DNA from: Pseudomonadota bacterium
GTDB taxonomy: Bacteria > Bdellovibrionota > FAC87 > UBA2466
Assembly (NCBI GenBank): GCA_043767805.1
Contig: JAYUGC010000074.1
Location: 1 to 33,537 of the forward strand
Direction of reading: 5' to 3'
Length of the DNA: 33,537 nt
Position 1 is the first letter of the stretch. Every line of letters starts with the position of its first letter. A program made the position numbers and the translations under genes. The notes under the pieces were generated by a model. That model did no database searches, was not told the origin of the DNA, and saw only the letters and a list, made by a program, of their open reading frames with translations. Shown piece by piece: positions 25,592-33,537 of the stretch.

Positions 25592-26769
25592 CCCGCCTCC
25601 TGACTCGGCCACGGGGTGAGACAAGCCGCGAAGAGTGACCAAGCGGAGCTCAGATCTTTTGCCGTCACGAACGCGTAGCCGAGAGCGACGAAGAGGAGGG
25701 TCAGTGGAATACCGACGAGGGAGTCCAGGGCGGGCCGATCTTTCCATGGCCGCCAGCGCCGCCATTTCGCATAAGCGACGAGTCCCGACGCGTGATAACC
25801 GGCCCACGCCACCCAGTTCCAGGAAATTTGATGCCAAAGACCGAGCGTCAGCATCGACGCGTAAGTGGCGATCCAAGGCTTGCGCCAAACTCCGAGCACG
25901 GGAAAATAAACCTGATTCCGGCACCAGTGGGAGAGAGATATGTGCCAGCTCCGCCAGAAATCGGCGAGGTTGGTACGTAGAAAAGGCTTATCGAAATTTT
26001 CGGGGAGCCTATAGCCGAATAGGCCGCCGAGACCCACGGCGATGTCCGTGTACGCCGAGAGATCGAAGAAGGCGTAGAGAAACATCAAGATCACGAAGGC
26101 GAGGGGGGACGCGGGAGGGTAAGTCGCCAGAGCGAGCGAAGGCTGCGAGAGAAAGTCTCGTGTGAAGTCGCCGAACGCGTACTCAAAAAGCCAGCTCACA
26201 AGGAAGAGCTTCTTGAAATAGCCCGTGAGGATCCGGCGCAAACCCTGGGCCGCGCGGTCCCAGTCCCACTGTGGGTTTCTCTGTCCGTAAAAATTCTGAA
26301 ACGTATCGATGGGGCCCGCGGGTAAGGCGGGAAAGAAAAAGAGAAACGCCATGAGCCGGGGCCAGGACGTGTCGGTCAGGGTGCCTCGGTATCTGTCGGC
26401 GGCATATTGAAGCAGGCGAAAAATAAAATAACTGATGCCCAGGGGCGCGAGAAAGTAGCGCTCGAGCCAGGTTCCCGAGGCCAAACGCCCTATGAGCCAC
26501 GGCGCGGCCTTCACCATTGCCAGAATCGCTAGCGAGAACGAGAGCAGAAGCAGGAGCGGCCGGGAGCGGCCGGGTTTGGCGCTCAGGTGAACGAGGGTCG
26601 CGGCGCCCAGCGCGATCGCAGCAAACAGCGGATGGAGCGCCGCGAGAAAGAGAACGGAAGTTATCCAAATCAAATGAGTTCGGGAGTTGGCGCTTCGCAG
26701 CAATATCCAATGAAGCACCAACGTGCCCGCGATGAATAGAAAGAAGCGCGGATCGAGGAAGAGTCCCAT
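25588..26769 (-). CDS. MBOAT O-acyltransferase (DltB/AlgI-like)
   Basis: PLGISYFIF, FFPALPAGPI, DLSAYTDIA, PENFDKPF, FWRSWHISLS, GLWH. Confidence 0.95.
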   Translation of the reverse strand: MGLFLDPRFFLFIAGTLVLHWILLRSANSRTHLIWITSVLFLAALHPLFAAIALGAATLVHLSAKPGRSRPLLLLLSFSLAILAMVKAAPWLIGRLASGTWLERYFLAPLGISYFIFRLLQYAADRYRGTLTDTSWPRLMAFLFFFPALPAGPIDTFQNFYGQRNPQWDWDRAAQGLRRILTGYFKKLFLVSWLFEYAFGDFTRDFLSQPSLALATYPPASPLAFVILMFLYAFFDLSAYTDIAVGLGGLFGYRLPENFDKPFLRTNLADFWRSWHISLSHWCRNQVYFPVLGVWRKPWIATYASMLTLGLWHQISWNWVAWAGYHASGLVAYAKWRRWRPWKDRPALDSLVGIPLTLLFVALGYAFVTAKDLSSAWSLFAACLTPWPSQEAG

Positions 26770-26982
26770 GAGTATTGAAGAGAGCCTTGAGATTACCCCC
26801 GCGCCCGGAGTGGGGCAACCAGCGGGGCTTCAGCGAAAGAACACTCTCGGTAATAATGCATAGTGTCGACGGAGAAGGCCGACAGTCAGCTGTTAAGAGA
26901 AAACCTCGGGTCTTCCTTAGGTTTCGATTGCCTCGCCTATACTGAGATCTATAAAACCCTTGGGAATGGGTTGGAGGTTTCT

Positions 26983-29900
26983 GTGATTCCGAATTTGGTT
27001 CGCGCTCGTGTCGCCGTGGCCGCTCTTTTTCTTGTCGTCACTCAGACGGCCTTCGCGGTTAAATTCACCCAGCGAGAGTTCAAGTTTCAGGTGCCCGCGC
27101 GGGCGCAAATAAACTTGGATCTCAAGACGATCGTGAAAGAGGTTTCCCTCCTGGGCGGAACCGTTCACTACACCGCGCACAATCTTCCCAGCTGGTTGAG
27201 CCACGATCAGGATGCGCAGCACCTCGTCGGCTCTCCGCCCATGGGCACGAACGGCGTGCACCGCTTTGGCATCGAAGTCTCTCAAGGATCCACTTCGGAT
27301 TTTTCGTTCATCGAGTACACGGTTTTTTCTCCGCCGAAGTGGAAGCAGCCGCTCGTCGAGCTAGGCACGCAATGGGAAGGCCGCGCGTTCACTTTGGACT
27401 TGAACGACTACATCGAGAATCAGATCGGCCGTTCCTTGTCTTTTTCCGCTACGGGCCTGCCGCCGTGGATGTCGCTTTCGGCCGATGGTCTTTTGTCCGG
27501 CCTGCCTAGCCATTCCGATTTCGGAACTTATACCGGCATCATGTTCCGCGTGGATGGACCCTTTGGTACTTACTCCACCGCGGGAGCCGCGGGCCAGGTT
27601 CGCCCAGTTCCCATTCTTCCCAAGTGGACGAAGAACGTCGTCACCATCGACGACGCCACCGAAGACACCCTTTATGAGCGCGTGCTCGCCGAGTTCGTTT
27701 CCAACCCCGATGGCCTTCCTCTGAACTTCGCTTTGGTCGCGGGAAAATTCCCCCCCTGGATCAACATTACCAATCAGGGCAAGCTTTTCGGCGTTCCCCG
27801 CCGTCAGCACCTGGGCGCCAGCAGCATCGACGTGGAGCTTTCCGCTTCGGCGGCCGGGCTTACGCAAAAGGAAGTCGTTCGCTTTACCTTCCAGGTGAAT
27901 CGCATCAACAAGGCGCCGATTTGGAAAGAAAGCACCGTGCTCCTGCCGAGAGCCCTCGAAGGCAATCCTTACCTCGCGGACCTCAGCTCCTATGTCGACG
28001 ATCCGGATCTGGCTCTCGGCGACGGGTTGTTTTTGGAAATCGTGAGCGGGCCGACTTGGGCTACCATCGCGCCGCCGGCTCTCCTTAAAGGAACGCCTCC
28101 AGTCAATTTCCTGGGCGTTCAGACCTGGAAAGTCCGTGTCTCCGACGCGGGCGGACTCTCGGCGACCGCCACGGTCACCACCGAAGTGGTGAAAGCAAAT
28201 AAGCCGCCCACCCTTCAGGCGGGACTCAAATTCACTTTGAAAGAGCGCAAGGCGTATCAGGAAAATCTCGGTAAGTTCACCTCCGACGCGGAGAACGAGA
28301 TTGTGACCTACGAGCCCATGAACTTCCCGTCGTGGGCGAGACTCGCGCCAGATGGCAAGCTAGAGATGGCGCCGCAGCACGCCGACTTGGGGGATCACAC
28401 GCTCTCCGTTCGTTTAGGAGACGGCACTTCCAAAGCCGTGGGGACTTTCGTCGTTACCGTGCAGGCCGATCCGAAGGCGCCCATTTGGCTCGAAGATCCG
28501 ATCCGGGTCTCCGCCATTTCGGGGACACCCTTTGCGCTCTCAATCGCCGACAAGGCGAAGGAGCTCAATAACGGAGAACTCACCTTCTCGAAAGTTTCCG
28601 GCCCGGCTTGGCTCGCGGTGGACGCCGCGGGGCGTGTGGGCGGGTCGCCCAAAGACGCCGATGTCGGCGAAGCGAAGTTCATGGTCTCCGCTAAAAACAG
28701 CATCGGCGAAACTCAAGCGACGTTGCTGGTCCGCGTGAGCCAGGGCAATCGGCCCCCGCAGTGGACCCAAGATCCTTTGACGCTCCCGGCGGCGAAGTTC
28801 GATCTTCCATTTAGTTTCGATTTGTCGGCTTACGCCCAAGATCCCGATGGCGATTTCCTGCGTTACACGAAGGTCTTCGGCCCGTCTTGGATGACGCTCT
28901 CTTCCGACGGCAAAGTCTCCGGCATGCCGAGCAGCGGCGACCAAGGGGACTACGCGGCGGTGTTTGAAGTCAGCGACGGCAAGGTAGCCATGCAAGTCGG
29001 CGCGAAGGGCAAAGTGGGCGACACGAACTCGCTCCCGGTGCTCAAGGGCGCAATGCTTACTTTCCTCGTGAAAGCGAAGGGAAGCCTTTCCGAGAACCTC
29101 GCTCAAAAGAAGTACGTGGATGACGCCGATGGCGACACGCTGACCTTCACGGCGGATGGATTCCCGGTCTGGGCGGCTTTGACGTCGCAAGGTCAGTTGA
29201 CCTTGAGCCCGACGGAGCTCAACGCGGGTAACTTCACGCTTCGGTTTACGGTCAGTGACGGCAAAGGTTCCGTGAATGGAACGATGACGGTTCGCATTTC
29301 GAAGGATCCTCGCCCGCCGCTCTGGCTAGAAGATCCGGTGCAGGTCGGCGCCTCGCCGAATCAAGCTTTCACGATTTCCCTTACGGAAAAAGTGCAGGAC
29401 TTCGATGGTCTCGCGCTGACTTTCCAAAAGGTCTCGGGACCGTCGTGGTTAAGCGTCGCCGCAAATGGCGTTGCCTCGGGCACGCCGGCGACGGCTAACG
29501 TCGGCGTCAACACGTTCCAGATCTCGGCCTCCAGCGCGAACGGCGCCATCGAGGGAACGCTGAAAATCAACGTGCGCACGAACCTCTATCTCGTTCAGTT
29601 CCCGCTGGATAACGGCGGACAAAACCCGCGCACGGAAATTCTCTGGGCCATCGACAACTCGGCGGCTACCGCTCCGTACTTAAAGAGTCTCTATTCCGGC
29701 GTGCAGACCTTCTACACCGGCTTGGAAACGGCGGGCGTGAAGGCGGTCTCCGGAGTCATTTCCACCCGCGAATGGGACGGGCGTTTCCTGACCGATAACG
29801 GCGGAAGCGCGCTGCTCACCGGGGCTCCGGCGGATGTAGCGGCGGATTTCCGCCGCCGGGTGGAGCGGGCTCCCACGGGGGCTATCCAGAACTCTCCGTT

Positions 29901-30519
29901 CTGGGCGCTGTCCAGACTGTTTGAAGTCAGCAAGACCTCGACGACTCAAGTGTCGAAAGGCTTCTGGTCCGACGCGACTCCCATGGAAGTGTTCGTACTG
30001 ACGGGCGCGGGGGATAATTATCCGCAGCTCGTCGCGGGAACCGATAAGGAGAAGTACTCGACCGATGACTTCTTGAGAAGCTTCCTGCGCTTCCACGAGC
30101 AGAAGGGTCAGCCCTTCACGGTCAGCGTGTACGACATGCGCTGTCCGCCGGCCTATGACCCGGCCAATCCGGCGGCGCGACCGGCTTACTTGACGCTCTC
30201 GAACGCGACGCTCGGCACTTACTTCTACCAGGACGAAACTTGCCGGGATGGCGTCAAAGGCGCTGTTAGTGACTTCCTGAAAGCGGCGGCTTTCCGGGCC
30301 CAGGTCTTCTCGAATCAGCGGATCAAGCTCGATTGGCCGCCGCTCGGTAAGAATCTGAAGGTCCGCTTAAAGCGCGGCTCGCTGACGACGCTGCCGGGTA
30401 ACACCGGCGCCTCCGACGATGCGTGGTACTACGACGCGAAGACGAAGGAAGTTGTTCTGCGCTGGCACAAGATCCTGACCCGCGTGCAGCCCGGCGACGA
30501 AATTCAGATCACTTACTAA
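26983..30519 (+). CDS. Large secreted adhesin-like protein: about 9 cadherin-like/Ig repeats plus a C-terminal VWA-like domain
   Basis: GGAGG + GTG 26983 and a signal peptide. Repeats of ~92-98 aa contain PxW, DPDGD, GPSW, G.LSG.P and VSDG motifs; EILWAIDNS follows. Confidence 0.85.
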   Translation: MIPNLVRARVAVAALFLVVTQTAFAVKFTQREFKFQVPARAQINLDLKTIVKEVSLLGGTVHYTAHNLPSWLSHDQDAQHLVGSPPMGTNGVHRFGIEVSQGSTSDFSFIEYTVFSPPKWKQPLVELGTQWEGRAFTLDLNDYIENQIGRSLSFSATGLPPWMSLSADGLLSGLPSHSDFGTYTGIMFRVDGPFGTYSTAGAAGQVRPVPILPKWTKNVVTIDDATEDTLYERVLAEFVSNPDGLPLNFALVAGKFPPWINITNQGKLFGVPRRQHLGASSIDVELSASAAGLTQKEVVRFTFQVNRINKAPIWKESTVLLPRALEGNPYLADLSSYVDDPDLALGDGLFLEIVSGPTWATIAPPALLKGTPPVNFLGVQTWKVRVSDAGGLSATATVTTEVVKANKPPTLQAGLKFTLKERKAYQENLGKFTSDAENEIVTYEPMNFPSWARLAPDGKLEMAPQHADLGDHTLSVRLGDGTSKAVGTFVVTVQADPKAPIWLEDPIRVSAISGTPFALSIADKAKELNNGELTFSKVSGPAWLAVDAAGRVGGSPKDADVGEAKFMVSAKNSIGETQATLLVRVSQGNRPPQWTQDPLTLPAAKFDLPFSFDLSAYAQDPDGDFLRYTKVFGPSWMTLSSDGKVSGMPSSGDQGDYAAVFEVSDGKVAMQVGAKGKVGDTNSLPVLKGAMLTFLVKAKGSLSENLAQKKYVDDADGDTLTFTADGFPVWAALTSQGQLTLSPTELNAGNFTLRFTVSDGKGSVNGTMTVRISKDPRPPLWLEDPVQVGASPNQAFTISLTEKVQDFDGLALTFQKVSGPSWLSVAANGVASGTPATANVGVNTFQISASSANGAIEGTLKINVRTNLYLVQFPLDNGGQNPRTEILWAIDNSAATAPYLKSLYSGVQTFYTGLETAGVKAVSGVISTREWDGRFLTDNGGSALLTGAPADVAADFRRRVERAPTGAIQNSPFWALSRLFEVSKTSTTQVSKGFWSDATPMEVFVLTGAGDNYPQLVAGTDKEKYSTDDFLRSFLRFHEQKGQPFTVSVYDMRCPPAYDPANPAARPAYLTLSNATLGTYFYQDETCRDGVKGAVSDFLKAAAFRAQVFSNQRIKLDWPPLGKNLKVRLKRGSLTTLPGNTGASDDAWYYDAKTKEVVLRWHKILTRVQPGDEIQITY

Positions 30520-30525
30520 TCATTC

Positions 30526-31182
30526 TTAGCGACGAGCGGTAGTGGACTGAAGGTAGAGCGAGACGGCGCCACAGGCCATGGCCGGAAAGACCCAGCTCCA
30601 TTGGAAGCCCAGAAAAGAGGGCAGGGAGACTAGGATGAGAGCCAGCGCCGTGAGCGAGACGAACGGCTGAAAGCGAAAGAGCGCTCCGACCAAAGTCACG
30701 ATCAGCAGAAACGTTTGCATGACCGTGAAGTCGATGTCCCACGTGGTGAGCGCCGTCGGCTCCCAAGCCATCGACCATTTCGGCACGACGTCATACCAGC
30801 TGCGACCGGCCGCATCCGGCTGAACTAGGTTCGGGTACTTAAGCCAGAAAAACGGATACCGCCGTCCTCCGCCGATAAAGAGCATCATCAAGAAGGAGAG
30901 CTGAGCCGTGTTGATTAGGATCATCAGCGCCCAGAGCGCGCCGAGAGGACGGCGGAGCCAGCCGCGGTGATAAGCGAGGGCAACCGTGAGGGAGGCCGCC
31001 GCCACTTGATAAGGATGATTCGGAAGCCCGAAACCCTTAAAACCCAGCGCACACGTCAGTAGCCCGAGAGCGACGGAGATCAGAATGTGACGAGAGTCTA
31101 TCTGCGCGGGAGCCGGTCCTTGCCCCAAAGCCACTTCGACCCGTTGTACCCGTTCCTCGAGGGACAGATGGCGTAGCTCCAT
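30526..31182 (-). CDS. Hypothetical multi-pass membrane protein
   Basis: About 6 hydrophobic segments; start ATG 31182 preceded by TACAAT. Confidence 0.7.
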   Translation of the reverse strand: MELRHLSLEERVQRVEVALGQGPAPAQIDSRHILISVALGLLTCALGFKGFGLPNHPYQVAAASLTVALAYHRGWLRRPLGALWALMILINTAQLSFLMMLFIGGGRRYPFFWLKYPNLVQPDAAGRSWYDVVPKWSMAWEPTALTTWDIDFTVMQTFLLIVTLVGALFRFQPFVSLTALALILVSLPSFLGFQWSWVFPAMACGAVSLYLQSTTARR

Positions 31183-31220
31183 CCGTAGATTGTAAGCGAA
31201 GGACGCCGGGTAACCTAGTT

Positions 31221-32330
31221 TCACCGAAGCGCGGCTTGAAGCTCGCGCGCGAGAAGCTGATGGAAGTAGTAGCCGGGAGCTTCCCGCTTCACGCTGAAGC
31301 GGCCCGTATCGTAGGAATCGCTGCAAATGCCGCGGTAAGCATCCTCGCAGATGTCGACGTCTTCGAGTTGCACCTCATGTGCCGCGCGCACGCTTTCTTC
31401 CATGAAGCTCGTCGTCTTTTCGCCTTTGTCGCCGGTGGCGAAGAAATCGATGTGCACCCGGCACTTATTGGGGCCGAGGGGCACGACCAAATTAGTGTCC
31501 AAGGTGTTCTCGTAAATATTGAGCATTAAATTGGGGTGCACCCACCAGTAGTAGGCGTTCTCACCGGTGCGCACCCGGCTAATCTCCGAAGCCCCCGCCG
31601 ATTTGAGCGGGCTGATTTGAACGCTCGAGCGGTCGGCGATCTCGGACCGGTAGGTCGCGTAATTGATGACCGAGGAAAGCGCGGGATGAATGGTCCGGAT
31701 ATGGTAGCCGCCGTCCAGATAGTTATCGACGAAGACCTTCCAATTGCAGTGCAAGTCGTAAGAAGCCCGCTTGTAGAACCAATATTGGTTTAGGTCGATC
31801 TCGGGCATTTTCGGCGAAAGGTGATCCAAATAGGAGATGAGGGTTTGGAGCGGTGTCTTCCAGTGGACGAAGACCCAAGGGCCCCAGGTGTCGACCGACC
31901 AGGCGGGAAGGCTATTGTCTTCCTTGCTAAACGCGGCGACTCCTTCGAACTCGGGCGTCGTTTTGAGCGCTCCGGTGAGATCGTAATTCCAGCCGTGGTA
32001 GCGGCAGGCAAAGGCGTTCGCTTTGCCTTCGCAGCGGCGCTCTACGCGCGCGGCCCGGTGGCGGCAAACATTGGAGAACGCGCGGAGCGTGCCGTCTTTG
32101 TCGCGGGCGACGATGATTGGCTCGCCGGCGATTTCGGTCGTAAGAAAGGAGCCGGGCTCTATCACCTGAGAGGTGCGCCCCGCCAGCTGCCACGTCCGCC
32201 GGAACACCACGTTTAGCTCGTGATCGTAGACTTGAGCGTCGTGGTACCAGAGGGACGGAATCGTGGAGGCGCACTCCAGAGACAACTCCGGGTTGTACGC
32301 CGCTAGTTTCGACCGAAGCGCATCTGACAT
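31221..32330 (-). CDS. Rieske oxygenase alpha subunit (choline monooxygenase-like)
   Basis: CRHRA...CRYHGW Rieske motif; NWKVFVDNYLDGGYH..IHP and EDV mononuclear-iron motifs. Confidence 0.92.
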   Translation of the reverse strand: MSDALRSKLAAYNPELSLECASTIPSLWYHDAQVYDHELNVVFRRTWQLAGRTSQVIEPGSFLTTEIAGEPIIVARDKDGTLRAFSNVCRHRAARVERRCEGKANAFACRYHGWNYDLTGALKTTPEFEGVAAFSKEDNSLPAWSVDTWGPWVFVHWKTPLQTLISYLDHLSPKMPEIDLNQYWFYKRASYDLHCNWKVFVDNYLDGGYHIRTIHPALSSVINYATYRSEIADRSSVQISPLKSAGASEISRVRTGENAYYWWVHPNLMLNIYENTLDTNLVVPLGPNKCRVHIDFFATGDKGEKTTSFMEESVRAAHEVQLEDVDICEDAYRGICSDSYDTGRFSVKREAPGYYFHQLLARELQAALR

Positions 32331-32440
32331 AGCGTGATTTTTATCGGGTTGGAGGGCCGTTAGCAACCGTTCAGGGGTAGGCGGCAAGACCGTGCGTCGG
32401 CCCTAGGCATTGGGCTAGGGTCATCTACGGGGGGGAATTC

Positions 32441-33520
32441 ATGACACGCCTTGTTCAAGCCTTGGGCTTTGCCGTCGTTATTTTAGGTGCGACCGGTTTT
32501 CAGCCGGTCGGTCAGTTCGACGCGAACGATCCGCAGCTTTCCCGATTCTCGGTTACGGCCGTTTCCGAAGCGGTCCTGCGCACCTTGTCCGAGAAGTTCG
32601 AAGTGGAAGGGCGGGACGGGAATACTTTCTTCGTCATCGTGCCCGCGTACCGAGTGGCGGAGCTCAGTGGCCTAGTTCCCGAAGCGAAGCTTCTCGAAGC
32701 CGATCTGTCCGAGGAAGCCCGCCGGGCCATGGAAGGCACGTGGGGCAGGGGCTACCACGATTTCACCGCGGTGGAAGAACATCTGCGGCAGATTCTCACC
32801 AAGTACCCGCAGATGACGAAGCTAGAGGCGTACGGCAAGTCTCACGAGGGCCGTCCACTTTACGCGCTCAGAGTCGCGACCAGCAATAACCAGCCGGCAG
32901 TGATGCTGACGGCCGCGACCCACGGCAACGAGATCATCACGGTCGAAGTGCTCTTCGGAGTTTTGGATAGCTTGCTCGCGGGTTACACGACGAGCGCGCG
33001 CGCGAAACAAATCATCGATGGGCATCAGATCTATTTCCTGCCCGTCATCAACCCTGACGGTTACGTGAAGCAGCAGCGCTACGCCAACGGCGTCGATCCG
33101 AATCGCGAATACCCTTATCCCGACAAGCCCAATCGGACGCCGAACGAGTGCATCACGAGCGTCATGAATTTTTTCAGCACGCGCAGCATCAAGGGGTCCA
33201 TCGATTTTCACAGCTTCGGGGGACTCATCATGTACCCGTGGGCCTACACCGACGACTCGCCGGATCGTCAGGACGCCGAATCTTTTGCGCTGACCACGAA
33301 GTACATGGCTCAGGTCAATCATTACCGCGTGGGCCAGATTTCGAAAATTCTTTACCCGGCGCCAGGCTCCAGCGCGGATTACTATTACTGGAAGAACCGC
33401 ACCCTTGCGCTCGGCGTGGAGATTGGCGGCGCTCATGCTCCGCCTGTCTCGGATATTCCTAAGCACGTGGAAGCGAACCTGGAATCTACGTTGCGGTTCT
33501 TGGAGACGGTCCGGCGGTAA
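32441..33520 (+). CDS. Secreted M14 zinc carboxypeptidase with pro-domain
   Basis: HGNE, NPDG, NGVDPNR, DFHS, YPW, VEIG. Confidence 0.92.
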   Translation: MTRLVQALGFAVVILGATGFQPVGQFDANDPQLSRFSVTAVSEAVLRTLSEKFEVEGRDGNTFFVIVPAYRVAELSGLVPEAKLLEADLSEEARRAMEGTWGRGYHDFTAVEEHLRQILTKYPQMTKLEAYGKSHEGRPLYALRVATSNNQPAVMLTAATHGNEIITVEVLFGVLDSLLAGYTTSARAKQIIDGHQIYFLPVINPDGYVKQQRYANGVDPNREYPYPDKPNRTPNECITSVMNFFSTRSIKGSIDFHSFGGLIMYPWAYTDDSPDRQDAESFALTTKYMAQVNHYRVGQISKILYPAPGSSADYYYWKNRTLALGVEIGGAHAPPVSDIPKHVEANLESTLRFLETVRR

Positions 33521-33537
33521 GATCAAAGCAGAGAATG

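Noticed and set aside
10486..26769. Beta-lysine from the KamA pair as cargo of the Dlt-like module
   Set aside because: The loci are 11 kb apart with unrelated genes between them and no ligase; speculation only.
14667..32330. One aromatic-degradation pathway (CoA-transferase, dioxygenase, Rieske oxygenase)
   Set aside because: The genes are scattered; no reductase, ferredoxin or lower-pathway genes are present.
1..33537. CRISPR arrays, IS transposases, rRNA and long antisense ORFs (e.g. 4317-5327, 9297-10418)
   Set aside because: No regularly spaced repeats or relevant motifs were seen; the antisense ORFs are GC-rich shadows of well-supported genes.

Overview
This is a gene-dense, GC-rich bacterial chromosomal window. 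A DUF4423/TIGR02147-like remnant, many Cys-containing secreted proteins and a cadherin-like/VWA adhesin suggest a Bdellovibrionota/Oligoflexia-like organism (inference). Recognisable genes include pgpA-recA-pilT, two divergent KamA-family radical SAM genes, 6-phosphofructokinase, a CoA-transferase, a Tat-type intradiol dioxygenase, LysR, tRNA-Glu(CTC), a response regulator with a degenerate kinase, a CPBP protease, a Rieske oxygenase alpha subunit and an M14 peptidase. Two things stand out. (1) A ~560-nt non-coding region (1501-2058) folds into long nested helices with a pseudo-symmetric junction and lacks the RNase P, tmRNA and SRP signature motifs. (2) A Dlt/AlgI-like acyl-transfer module (MBOAT + SGNH + carrier protein) includes a 44-aa DltX-like membrane peptide ending PFRYMEF, which the ORF track misses. 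Also seen: a decayed patch next to the tRNA 3' end with a 17-bp tRNA duplication, an 86-nt recA/pilT coding overlap, GGTACC-core palindromes between convergent genes and several apparently leaderless genes. All calls are by-eye motif recognition; no database searches were run.
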